From NCBI RefSeq assembly GCF_009834535.1, contig NC_045707.1, positions 62,126,001 through 62,190,000 on the forward strand: a DNA stretch of 64,000 bases, read 5' to 3'. The notes beneath the pieces were generated by a model. The model did no database searches, was not told the DNA's origin, and was given only the letters and a program-made list of their open reading frames with translations. Positions 39,301 to 52,500 of the stretch are shown in pieces. Position numbers and translations under genes: made by a program. This DNA is from Camelus ferus. Taxonomy: Eukaryota. Each line of letters starts with the position of its first letter. Position 1 is the stretch's first letter.

Positions 39301-41364
39301 AAATATTTTTAATAACTCCTATTTGTATATAGTTATTTCATTATTCAGATTTGTATCCTTTTAACAAATGAGCACAGGAGGAATGTGACCGATCAGCACA
39401 GTACTATAATCAAAAATACCCTAATGATAAAAATATAACATCTTTAATATATCAATAATATCAGGAAATGTATAGTTTCAGCCTGAAATTCTTGCAGGCA
39501 GGAATCTAAGGCCTGGGAAAGACGGTCCTTCGTCAACTTTGTTAAAGGCAAGGAAAAGCACTGTCCAAATAACGGAGAATGCAGAAATATGTGAAAATAA
39601 CCAAATGAAACGTACCTACTTCACACTGAGTAATCCACAAATATTTATATTTATAACAGTTGCCAGTATGTGATTAAAGTCTTAATTCACGGAATTGCCA
39701 GGACCATGCAGAAGGAGCTATTCTGCACCCCCCTTCCCGTTGCAGTGACAACAGGCTCTTTCTGTATGGCTCGCTTTCTGGAAGTAGTTGTAATAAAACC
39801 ATAACATTTAATTGTTTTATTTTTAATCCTATAAATTAATTCACTGGTCATGTACATTTTATGACAAACTACCACTGAGATATAAAAATTTTGTAATGTG
39901 ACAACTTCTTTGATGTATAGTCTAAAAAATTGTCATTAAAATCTGGTTGTTTTTTACATCTATAAAATACTTGTTTTTAATCCTCTGACATTACTGCATT
40001 GTCAATGAACTATAAAGCTTAAACTCTGATTCAGTTAAGGTTTCGTCAATTTTTGGCCACACTACAGTGAATTTATTTTGACTGAATTTCTTGTGATTGT
40101 ATATATCTACAATGTCGCCTCTAAATGATGGTTGCAATGTCTGTATACCTATCAAAAAATTATGAGCGTATTTTAAACTACACAGTGCATTCTAGGCTTG
40201 AGGTCACTTATGTCAGGAAACAAAAGATGACAAAATCTGTAAATCAGGATAATTTATAACAGTGACAAACATCTACTAAGTTCCTAAATTCTCTCTTCTG
40301 TGTTTATATGATATATTTTTGGAAGGTGAGATAGGAGACCATTTTCAACATTCCACACACAAACTCTTCAAACTTGATGATTTTATAGTATGATTTCTGC
40401 TGCCTTACTTAAAACTAATGTGGTTGAACTTTCAGATATAATCAAACAATTCATTTAAATATTTAATCCTTAAATCTCTTCTTACATTGAGTTGTCATTT
40501 TGGGTATCTTCAGAAGTGCGAGCATGAAGGTTTGTTACAGCCAATTGCTGATCGTCCAGTTGACTAAAGACCAGATTGTGACCTATTTCAGAGCCACTGT
40601 TTCCAATCACATACCCTCCCCGTCTGTGTAAGAGCATTTAACAATTCTAGTGCCTTCTCAGGGAAAAGCAAGGATCACAGATCCTCAACAGGGCTCACTG
40701 TTAGAATACCTGACACCCGACACGTTATGGAAAGAGACTTACTCCCTCTTTCGTCCTCTCCCAACTGTACAACGTATGTCAACTGTATAGCTTCTGAAGA
40801 CAAGTTATTGCCCCCAGAACAGATAGTGATCACATCAGTAGAGCAGAAAATTAATTGTGTGTTTGTATTACTTTAGAGATATTTTATTTTATATTTTAAC
40901 AAATAGAAGGAAAGTAAAGGGATAAGAAAGTTATCTGGACTACAGTCTCAAATAACATTTTCTGTGTATGTATGAAGTTGACATGCTTATCTCTAGAAGT
41001 GATTTAGACAAACAGGTGGGAGGATATCAATATTAGGGAGTTCCCTCTACAATCAGCCACCTGTCTTGTGTACACAATGTGTCATGTCATTCCAATCAGA
41101 CCAGCAACCTGTCTAGAACCAGAGCAGCTGTTTAATTGCTCACAGTCACCTTCCAAGCAGCGGCACTGTCACCACTCCCTAAATTGTTCTGGAACACGTG
41201 ATACTTATTCAAGTGATGGAACTTGGCTCTAAGTGGAATGCTGTGCAATAAGGAAGAGTCAGGTTTTGTAACATCACATAGAAAAGTGTTTGTGTGTATG
41301 AGAAAGAGTGCCTACTGCGTGTTTTCGTAGGCTTCTACTTAAACATATTAACAGCTGTTCGAAA

Positions 41365-41480
41365 GATTATTAGCCTTATTTTACAGATGTGAAAACTGAG
41401 GTTGAGAGGTTGGGAAAATCATTGACTCCCAAACACCAGCCAGTAATTAAGCTCCCATCTGTCTGATTCCAGGTCATTCT
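41365..41480 (-). mobile_element. MIR fragment
   Basis: MIR core 'attttacagatgtgaaaactgaggttgagagg'. Confidence 0.75.
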
Positions 41481-42492
41481 CAAGGACACTGGGAAGACTT
41501 TAAATTCTCTCAAACAAGTAGTGGGAAGAGGGAGAAAAAAAAAACCCATCATGTCAGCCTCATATCTCCGGGAAATAAACTCAATGCTTTCTCAACTTGT
41601 CCTCAGTATTTTAGTGAAAAGATTTACTCAGGATTCCCAAGCAATTTCCATGAAAGCCCAATTGGTTTGAGAATTTTTATCTCAGCACTAAATAATAAAA
41701 GGCTTAAAAAAGCAGTTTTAGACTCACACTGATGTAGTAATGGCATCATTATGTTTACAGGTCTGAAGCTAGGTGTGTTTTATGGGTAGCAATACTTTTC
41801 ACCAACCACTTGGAACTAATCATCAGATGCTGAGTTAACCTGACTTACGGCAAAACTCATCCTGACTTCTGCTATGTAGAAAGGAAAAAGGCACAAATCA
41901 ACAGAAAACTGGGGGTGGGCTAGACACAGCCTTATCTTTGAATTGTCCAATTTTGGTGAGTTATGCCTTCACCATACTTTTCAGCAATATAGCTTTTTGA
42001 AGTGATTTTTTTTTTTTGGCAAAGAAGAAATAAATGAGTAGATGAATAAAGGAAAAATGAGGTACTGGAGACATGAAAACTTTCTAATATATCTTCCATC
42101 TACTGGGTACAGTATAGTTACTTTTATATTTAACAGTTTTCCCGATCCTTAAAGCCATGGCAAGATTTATTGTTGAATACTGAAGATGAAATAATACTTG
42201 AAGTTACACAAAATATCATACATTGCAGGTATCAAACTACTATCATTTAAATAAATTATAAATCAACTCTCTTGTTCATCAGACAGAGATTTAGCTGCTG
42301 TAAATCGGTAGGATCTTCCTGCTTTTCCACTAAACCATTATTGTCTCTTCTATTTGAACAACTATCATGTGAATCCTCTCCAAAATAATAAAGAACAGGG
42401 AGTCATTGCTGTAGAGAAAATTCTTTGGAGATCTCTCACAAGCAAGGTATTTCTGTATTTCCTTTCTAAGGTCACATAATGATTCCTTACAG

Positions 42493-42675
42493 CAGGAGTC
42501 AGCAATTTTCTCCTTAAAGGGCATGACAGTAATTATTTTAGAATTCTGCTGGCCACAGGGTCTTCTGTCACAACCACGAAACCCTACCATTGTAGCAGGA
42601 AAGTAGCTATAAACAGTCAGTAAACACGTGGCATGGCTGGGATCCAGTAACATTTCATTTATGAAAACAGGGCAG
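42493..42675 (+). mobile_element. MER58A-like hAT-Charlie element
   Basis: 'caggagtcagcaattttctccttaaagggc...agtaattatttta...ccattgtagcaggaaagtagctataaaca...tttatgaaaacagg'. Confidence 0.82.
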
Positions 42676-43031
42676 AATCGACCCATTGATTCTCATTTTC
42701 TGGCTTCTGTCATGCAGGGGAGCATCACCATACCATCCATTTCACCTGTGTCCACCCCACTGGAGGTTTTTTTTTTCCCACTGTTTCCAAATTTACTCAC
42801 TGCCAATAATCAGCCTTTGTCTTTGCTCTTTTTTTTTTTAGTATAAAATTGCCCTCATATTTAAACCATAGCCATTCTTCAAATCTCTCTGCAAACCTAT
42901 CTCATCAGAGAATTCCAGTGAGCATGCTATTTTGAGTATATTAAACTATCATAAATATTCCACCCATTAAGCAATCTTCTCTCTGTTGACTTACAGTGTT
43001 CATTATTTGTGCACATAGAATCCTGTCTTTA

Positions 43032-43937
43032 AGAAAGAAAAACAAACAATCCAATTTTAAAAATGGGCAAAGAACCTGATAAACATTTTTCCAAAGAAGA
43101 CATATACATGGCCAATGGGAACATGAAAGGATACTCAAAATCACTAATCTTCAGGGAAATGCAGATCAAAACCACAATAAGATATCATCTCACACCTGTT
43201 AGAATGACTATTATCAAAACGATAAGAAACGGCAAGTGTCGGTGAGGCCATGGAGAAAAAGGAGCCCTTGTGCACTACTGGTAGGAATACAAATTGGTGC
43301 AGCCATTATAGAAAACAGTATGGAGGTTCTTCAGAAAATTAAAAATAGAACTACTAATGACCTGGTAAACCTACTTCTGTATATAAATCCAAAGGAAATG
43401 AAATCACTATATCAAAGAGCTACCTGTACCCCCATATTCAATGCAGTATTATTCACAGTAGCAAAGTGTTCCTGGAAATAACCTAAGTGTCCATCAGTGG
43501 ATGAATGGATAAAGAAGACATAGTATATAATAATCTAATAATCTAATCTAGTAATAATATAATAATAAATCTAAAAAAAATCTGACCTTATAGAAATGGA
43601 TAGTAGAATGGTGGTTGCCAGGGGCTGAGAGGTGAAGGGAATGGGGAAATGGATATAAACTCTTAGTTATAAGATACAAAAGATCTGGGGTTCTAATGCA
43701 CAGCATGACTGTAGTTAATAATACTGTATTATATACTTGAAAGCTGTTAAGAGAGTAAATCTTAAATGTTATCATCACACATAAAAAATCATAATTATAC
43801 AAGGAGATGGGAGTGCTAAGTAACCTTACTGTCAATCATTTTGCAATATATTCATTTATCTAATCATTCACATTGAACACCTTAAACTTATACATGTTGT
43901 ATGTCAATAATATCTCAGTCAAGCTGGGGAAAAAAAC
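43032..43937 (+). mobile_element. 5'-truncated L1 (L1MA9-like)
   Basis: ORF 43063-43245 ([12 protein letters not shown]...[20 protein letters not shown]) is the L1 ORF2p C-terminus. 3' end 'tatctcagtcaagctggggaaaaaaa'. Confidence 0.93.
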
Positions 43938-44122
43938 ATTAAAATGAATTGAAGGGAACCTTAACTATCATGTAGCGCCATCCTCTCTTTTGGGCAGCGT
44001 GAAAACCAATGAGGCTAAGTAATTTTCCATAATCAAATGAAGAAAAGGCAATCGTAAAGCGCAGCTCTCTTGAATCTACTTTAGTGAGCTTTATTAAAGC
44101 TGTAAAAATCTTAGCCTTTCAT

Positions 44123-44223
44123 AAGGATTCCTAAGAGTATATAACTCAACATTCCATCCAGTACAAAAAGCCCCTCAATCAGTGCACCAGAAATTAATAT
44201 CCAGTTCCAATATTTTCAATCAT
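44123..44223 (+). repeat. 101-bp dispersed direct repeat, copy A
   Basis: Ungapped match to 45391-45491, 90/101 identical by manual alignment. Confidence 0.92.
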
Positions 44224-45390
44224 AGGGTAATAGCTACTGACATGCTTCTACTTATAAATAGCTTAGTTTTTTAAAAGACCTTTCTGAGTCCATTTCCTCT
44301 TGAGCTACAATGACACTTAAACTCTTTGCTAATGTATGCAGAGTTGCTGAAAAGGTGATCTGGTGAGTGTCTTTGTTCTTATTAATAAAAATTGTGAGTG
44401 GAAAGAAAAATGAGAGGCTTCATTACCTCCTACGAGATATATCCCTAGTTGAGCAGGTCTAATTGCTCTTATATTAAGCAAAACCATCCTCACTGTAATA
44501 TTTACTCTCTTGCTTTGCTCTACAGATTTACTCTCACAGTGTCTTAGCTCACTTTCCTGTGACTAACCTTCATGTATGTGAGAAGTGTTGTCATGTATCC
44601 TCAACAAATTTTTTTCAGATTAAACAGCACCAGAACTGCCATTATTTATCGTAGTACACGATACCAAGAACACGTCCAATAACTCGCTTATGTGCACGTA
44701 TGTCACTCTTAAAAATGGTGGTTCCCACTGTGGCAGGTGGTCTGATTGGCACAGAGTACAGTGAGTCTCCTTCTCCTGCTTTCCATGCCTTGTAAGTGGG
44801 AATTCTCTTAATACAGACAGACAGTACTAAAGACAGACTCTCTTGGCTAAATCTGTTAATAGCTTGCTTATATTTCTTACCATTAAAGTACCTTTCAGTA
44901 CATTAAAATCAGAAGTAACTCAGTTATGTTTCAACAAATTCCCACATAAACTATTTCCTGGTCAGCTGAGTATTCAACAGGTGCTTGAAATTCATGTCCT
45001 GTCCTCTAGGAAGCACCCCCTGGCCTGGAGGTATACCAGGAGGAAGTCGTCTCAGCTATCAAAAATAAAAATAAAAATTCTACACCATGCTATGATGTAG
45101 AATTCTAAGTTGTATGACAAACTCACAGGTTTTCACTGGTAATGCTGCATAATTGGAGGTCTTTGACTTAATTTCTTAAACCAGGGGACCACTGTACAAT
45201 TAACAAAAAAGGTTATTTTATGAGTATTAAATTCCCTAGAAAAGAAAGTTTGAAAACAAATGTTCTGTTTGAAGGCTTCACAGTAACGTCAAAGACGTAA
45301 CAGGGCACTGTGTATTTAGATCTATATTTCACATGTTTTTGCTAGGATAAGCACTCTCTGGGAGAAACTCTCTGAATGCTGAGGGCTGAA

Positions 45391-45491
45391 AAGGATTCAT
45401 AAGAGTATATAACTCATCATCTCACCAAGTACAAAAAGCCTCTCTATCAGTTCACTAGAAATTAATATCCAGTTTCAATATTTTCAATCAT
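45391..45491 (+). repeat. 101-bp dispersed direct repeat, copy B
   Basis: Ungapped match to 44123-44223, 90/101 identical by manual alignment. Confidence 0.92.
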
Positions 45492-46229
45492 TGAATTTGT
45501 TTTACACAAAGTCATTGGCTGAATCTTGCCATCTGTTATCTAAAGGTCTGAGAACAGACTCTTCAAGGCTGGTGATCAGCAGTGAAGAAGAACTTACATG
45601 TATCAACAAATCTCTACCCAAGACTTCATTTAATTTATTCCACATGAAGTCAGAATTTTTATGAGTTAAATAGTTTTTAATCCACTTCATCTATTTTAAT
45701 TAGATTTCTCTTTATAAATATTATTTTAAGAATGTTGTTTTGAGAACCCAGAAGAGGAAAATTATGTGTGACAGATACAAGTTTAGGCAAAACCAAACAA
45801 CACAGAAATAAAAACAGACGGACATGGGGAAAGTATCTGATTCTATCGATGCCACAAGACATTCTCATCCAGCTATTTAGCTGGTGATTTGAAAATGGCC
45901 GGGGAGCTTTCCATGCCTTCTAAATTAACATGATGTAGCGTGATGTGGGCTGCCACATCAAGGTTCTTATCTCCAGGACAAGCAGATTAAACTCATTTGC
46001 AAATGTCAGCTCTGCCCTTCTGTTCTCATCCTAAGTGGCTCATTAACTTGTTCTGAATAGTAGTACCTATGTATCAACGAGCCAGTTAAAGGTTCTCCTC
46101 AGGAACTTCGGTTTCAAAACGGATGTGACTAAAGCAGTGACTGTGATTTTCATTTAGCAGCAATTCTGTGAAATTCGATTACTTGCAGATTGGACTTTAT
46201 TCATCTGCCTCTTTAAAACAGACTGTAGA

Positions 46230-46916
46230 TTGGCTTATCCATACCGTTATGTGTGGGTGTGGCTTTCTATGGCGTCGAAATCTCTAAATTAGAACCCCCT
46301 TTCAGAATTCCCTTCCTTGAATGATGTGAAGGTACAGATTATATATAAATAAGATCTGAAAGAAAGAAGCGAAGCAGTGGCTGTGTTTTACGCTTGGGAG
46401 ATCAGACTAGATCAGGCGCTCTTGCACGTCGCATGTCTTACGATGGATGGGCTGGCTCACCTCAGTCACTTAAAGCAGTAGTCAGCCCACAGTAGCTTTG
46501 GCTTCTGCCAGATCCCCTTGAGGCTGCAGCCAGGCCCAGAGCTCCTTCAGCTCCCACCAGATCTTTTTTTTTTCTTTCAGTTTCTCTAGGCCATATTTGC
46601 ATGGAACACTATAGAGAAACACCCCAGCTCTACTGCAGGTCACTTGCATGAACACAGTTGCAGGCTGGAGGTGGTAAAAGATTGATACAGTGTCTTTCCT
46701 CATGGACCCCATGCAGCTCCTCCAGCTTTCTGGTTCGTTCTTGTTCTCCCTCCTTCACGGATGTCTCTCCATTTCAACACAAGCTCATCCACAGGCAGCT
46801 GATCTCTGCAGAATGCTTAACTAGCTCCCACAATCACATACGGTTGAATCCCCCCAATAAATCCATTTTATCTTTCATAATTGTCCTGCTTTTCTGATCA
46901 AATACTAACTGAGACA
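46230..46916 (+). mobile_element. ERVL-class LTR (LTR41-like), 5' boundary uncertain
   Basis: 3' end 'ctagctcccacaatc...aataaatcc...ctgcttttctgatcaaatactaactgagaca' is typical of old ERVL LTR termini. Confidence 0.55.
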
Positions 46917-47459
46917 AAGATTGGTATTCTGATATCTACTGTCCTACCTGAGACGTCTTATGGCAACGAGTCCCAGACTTCGTGTCTGCTCATTAACTTT
47001 CCTGCACTGTGAAGCGAGATGTGAATAAACCCCTTTCCTTGGATTTTCCCAGTAGTCATTGGGTTTGTACAACACTTCATTTAAGTTCACGGTCAATGTA
47101 GAAATTTTAAATTAAAAAATACGAGGCTCTTTTTATATAAGTCTTTTGGCTACTTTTTCTTTTGGTGTTTTTCACTGTCCACCTGCCTTTGCAGGTTCCA
47201 ACCTCCTGGCACTTAGTTCAGCTCTGGATTTGCTCCAAGACTATGCTCACTTGTCCACATTTTTCTATTCTCTGGATAACCCTTGTCCTCTGCTCCCCCA
47301 AATATCTGTTTCCTTCATTTTATATTTCAAAGTCATTCATCCCTCCCCTTAGTACTTGTAATTAAAGACGCTCAAAGTGCTTGTCCAAAGGCTCATCTGT
47401 TCTCATGTGATCCTTAGTAGCTTAAAAAGCTGATAGAGCATTGAAATTTATTTATTATT

Positions 47460-49520
47460 TCTTAAATATCTGTGGCATCAATGGTGATGACCCCTCCTTC
47501 ATTTTGATACTAGCAATTTTTATCTTATTCTTTTTCTTTTTAATTAACCTATCTAGAAGTTAATCTATTTTATTGATCTTTTCAAAGAACCAGCTTTTGG
47601 TTTTGTTGATTCTACTGATTTTCTGTTTTCAATTTCATCAATTTCTGCTCTAATTGTTACTTCTTCTACTTTCTTTAGGCTTAAACTTTTCTTCCTTTAG
47701 TTTCATACGATGAATTCACTAAGAAAGATTTTAGCAAGATCTCTCTTTTTTAAAAATGTATGTATTTTATGTTATAAATTTGGCTCTAAGCACTGCTATC
47801 ATTGTACTCACAAATTTTAAGTTTTGTCTTTATTTTCATCTAGTTCAAAATTTTAAATTTCTCTAGAGATATCTTCTTTCATCTATGTGTTATTTACAAG
47901 TATTATTTAATCCCCAAGTATTTCTGAAATGTTCAGGTATTTCTAGCAATTATTAATTTCTAGTTTAATTCCACTGTAGTCTGAGAACATACTGGTATGA
48001 CTTCTATTTCTTTACATTTTTCTAAGTGTATTTATCCTGGTGACTATTCCACACAAGCTTGAGAAGAATGTGTATTTTGCTGTTTGTGAACTAAATATTC
48101 CATAAATGTCAATTAAATTCAATTAACTAATAATGGTGCTACTGTTTAGCTCACCTATATATTTGCTGATTTTCTACCTGCTGAATCAATCAGTTACTAA
48201 AAGAGGTATCTTGATGTCTCCAACCATAATAGTCATAGAGCATTAATTTTTTTTTTTTTTTGTTAAACTTACTAGGGGCTGGCTGGGCTAGGTTTAATGT
48301 TTACTGTAGTTGCAGCTGCCAGAGGTTTCCAATTGATGTAGTGTCCTTGTTTTCAATCTCCCCTGTTTTCCTTGGGTTTCCATAAGAACCTCTTCAACTG
48401 AGTCTGTCTTTCAGCAATTTCTAGCTGTAAATCCACTGGCGATGTGATGGTAAGGTGCTGAGTAGGACAGCATTCTATAGCAGTATCATTAACTATCAGT
48501 TATTTATTTATTTTTAAGATCTCTACAGTTTACTGTATATTTATTAATTTCAGTTTTAAAAGTTAAAAATACTGGAATTATCTGATTTAATAAACTAAAA
48601 CACAAATTAATGGTAACATTCAACTGTATTTACCTGTTTTACACAGTTTTTAAAAATAAAGGTAATAGTAGTTTATAATATTATATGTTTCATGCGTACA
48701 TTGTTTTGACTTCTATACACGCTAGAGTATGCTCACCATCAAACGTTTAGTTTCCATCCATCACCACGCAGTTGATCCTCTTTACCTGTCTGACCCTCCT
48801 CCCACCCCTAACCCTCAGGTAACCACCCATCTGTTTTCTCTGTATATGTGTTTGCTTTAGTCTAGTTTAGCTTGTTTGTTTATAGCTATCAGTCTTTTAG
48901 AGGGCCTGTATCCCCGGACTTTGACCTCCACTAATATTTCTTAACTCTTCTTCTCCCCTTGGGTAAGACAGGAAGGTTAAAAGGTGCTGTAGTCGGGTAA
49001 TTACCCTTCCTGCAGGTCAGGTAATGATCTAATAAAGTCTTTTTCTCTTGGAGAATAGCCCTTTGTTATGAAGAGAGCCCCAGAAATATTTCAAAATGGT
49101 TTCATTTTCCCCCTTCTGCTAAGGCCACAGAGGATCTCCGTGTCTCTTCACTAAGAAGCTGGTGGGGTTCTTGGAAGTAAAATTCACAAAAGTTTAGGGA
49201 GACTCCTAAAACTGCAGGTCTCAGGAGATCTCACTCTCATACTAGTCCATACTCAATCTCCAGCAATTTGTCAAAATTATCATTGGAATTTATGGCTCCA
49301 ATGGCTTCACATCCAAGTAAACAAGTGTCCACTGATTCTCTTTATTCATCTTCTCGTCTGTCTTTCCAGATTTCAGTGTGATGGTTTGTCCTGTGACTGC
49401 AATTCTCTGATGGGTCCATGAAAATCTTTGATTTTCTGTTTGTTTATCTTCTTTTCTTGTTGTGAGGTTAGGAATGATGACTTCCAAGCTCTATACATGT
49501 TGAAGTTGAAACTGGAAGAG
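47460..49520 (-). mobile_element. Old L1 (L1MD-like): ORF2 N-terminal remnant plus 5' region, interrupted by a younger insertion
   Basis: 'tttattgatcttttcaaagaaccagcttttggttttgttgatt' encodes INKTKSWFFEKINK on the minus strand. L1MD-like 5' text 'gacttccaagctctatacatg...gaaactggaag' at ~49480-49519. Confidence 0.8.
48646..48885 (-). mobile_element. Short younger L1 3' end nested inside the L1MD-like element
   Basis: 'tgctcaccatcaaacgtttagtttccatccatcacca...gttgatcc...ggtaaccac...tctgttttctctgtat' resembles a laurasiatherian L1 3' UTR. Confidence 0.75.
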
Positions 49521-52500
49521 TTCTACAGCCATGTGAACACCCAGTGGCAAGGTGTTTAGGAATACAGGACCATGAAAGTAATAAGTATATATTTATCTTA
49601 TTATCATTCAACATTTTACATAATGTGATGAAAATTTAATAATGTAGGATGTATATAAACATCTTGATTGGGGTCTTATTTGTTTTAAAGAATTAATGGA
49701 TTCCAAGCATTTGGTTAGAGAAATGCTAAGAAATTGATTTTTTTTTTTTTTTTTTTTTTTTTTTGCTATTTCTGTCTTGGCTTTACAATACCATTAGGAG
49801 ATACAAAGGGACTGTGAGACAGGGAATCTGACCATCTCTGCAATTTTTGCATGGAGCTTTGTGTATTCTTAGGGTCAGATAACAGAATGAATGCCTGGCG
49901 TAAACACCATACTGACTGACCCAGACTCATTCTGTGAGTCTTCTATTCTTGCCAACAGAGAGAAAGGTTCATAAACACTAAATGACAAAGAAGGGCCATT
50001 GTAACAGCAGCTAACATTCATTATGTGTCATACAGATCATTTTTTTCTTTTTCCTAAAAAGCTTTTACCTTTCTTCTTATACTCATTGCTGTGCGGCCTG
50101 AAAAATAGCTGAATTGCTTCGGGCACCTGAAAGTTAGAACTAACAGTAGAGCGTGCTTTCTCTCAACAATAACAATTAGTGTTTTCTGTCTCAAATAATC
50201 TTGGAAGCCGGATGGTCCACAACTGCATGCTGTGACCTAGTTTCACAGGAATATTTACAGTGATCATGCTGTCACCAAAACTCAGCATGCTGAGCAGCTA
50301 GAACCCATCCCTACAACCCCATCTGTCCGTTTCGGGGATTGTCCTGCAGATACTCAGCTACGTTTTGGTATTCTTAAACTCTATGCTTTTTCTTTATTCT
50401 CTTGTTTCTTACGAAGAGAAATTTCCAAGATTAAATTTGCTGTAAAATTCATGTGCTTATTAGCTGAGAATATATTTCCCCAACTAATTTTTGTCTAAGG
50501 ACATGGGAAAAAGTTCTAAAGACACGACAACTTATTTTCCATGCATTTTTAAATTGTCGGTAAGGGTAAAATTCTGTGGTTCTCTAAAGGGTAGAGTAAA
50601 AAGGGTACCTCGCAGAGAGTCAAAGAATGTACATCATAAACTTACTACAGTACTAGTTTTGCCACCAGAAATATTTTACCCCAATTTACGCTTTCTTAAT
50701 TTGTTAAAAAAGCAAATGATGCAAACTTCTTTGAGCTAAGATATTAAAATATAGGGTACCCTTGTTCCGTTGTTTCCATGTGCTGAAATTTCATCAATGT
50801 TATCTTAAACCATATGCCTGCTTCCTCCTGACACATACATCCACACATACCCTGATTCATTTGGCTTTACTTTTCCAACTTTCTAATTACAAAATGAGCC
50901 ACTCTCTACCCAACTGGATACCAAAATGTCTCCGAATTTCTGCTCATGTCTTAGTAATACAGAAATTTTAACCAGAAGGAAGTCATGCCTTTTCCTTTTA
51001 TCTTAACAAATAAACAAGTATATTTTCAATGAACAGAGATGTTTCTCAGGACTAATATAGACATCATGCAACCAAGAACTATTCTTGAACTGAACAAAGA
51101 AAACTGAATAATGCCAACCATTCTGGGAAATGCTGTACTAAGTAATGAACTTGAAGGATTACTGAGTAAGGTGATGGTTATTTTAACACATAGACTGGAG
51201 CATTTCCTTACACCCATTTTGCTCTATTTCAGTATATTATGGAAATATTTACGCTAGAGATTTTGCCATTGATGAAAAAAGCAATGGAATGCTTCTCTTG
51301 AAAGCGTCTTTAGGAACAATGTCTTCTTCATTAAAGTTATGTATTTATTCAGTGCTAGGCACCATTGCTAGGCTCAGAAAAGGTATTAGAAAATATGCAG
51401 CTTATATTTTCTGTTTCTTGGCCTTTGGATTTTGACATGCATCGGTTCTGACCTAGATTGCATGACCTCTCTTAATGCTTCATAGTGTAATTTTTCTGAA
51501 GAATCCATGACACAAAACTACAGAGAGAATTAAATTTATGAGAATCATTCTCTTGATGAATCAGTTAAACCTTTGTGAAGTCAAAACAGGAATATATTTC
51601 TTCCTTCCTTTTTAAAAAAAATCTCCTTTGTTAATAATCTGATAGTACCTTAGATCAACCGGATACATGCTAGAATGCTCTAGAAAGCGAAAAACAAAAC
51701 AAACAAAATTCAGTGCATTATGTTATACACCTTAAACTAATATAATATTGTAAGGCACACTTCAATTTGAGATATCTATATCTATATATAGACAGATATC
51801 TACATATCCCTATATATAGCTCAATGCAGATGGTATGGTTGTATTAGCGCTAACCTAACATGTCAGAAATGGTAATATTAGCTATGTAATTTTAAATTTG
51901 TTCCAGAAACAGCCAGTGAGCACCTACACTGCACTAAACAGTGAGCTCTGTGCTGGGCTATCCAGTGTTAGTGGAAAGATTAGGTAGTTTTGTAAAAGTG
52001 TTGTGTTTCTTTTATGAAGTCTACATAGTATTTCTATGAAGCATCATATTTCCTTCTGTGTTGTAGGCAGAGAGTAGTTAAAAATAGATTAGATAGTTGC
52101 AGAAAATGTGAAGATTATAGTAAGAACAGAAAGGAATGACTAGAAATGTCATTTCGGATGATCAGTGGAAAGAGGGCCCAACGCTGAATTAATAATAAGG
52201 GAGAGAAAAGGTACATGTGTTTATGCCAGACCTGCCCTTACATCCTTGTACTGCCAGCCAGAACCAGTGTAACCTTGAGAAGCAAAGTCTTCCCAGTGGG
52301 TAGGAGAGGAAGTCCCTGGTGCATGTCTTCTGAGCTGTTACCTCTCTTCCTTTCTTCCTTCATCAGTTGTCCATTGAGCACCTCCCCAGTGTTAAGGAAT
52401 TATTATTCTCTGCTCTGGGACACAGCGCACAAAAACTCCCGTCCTCACGGAGCTTCTAGTCTGGAGGGTATCATCTGACTCAGAGCTAGTCACTGGGAGT

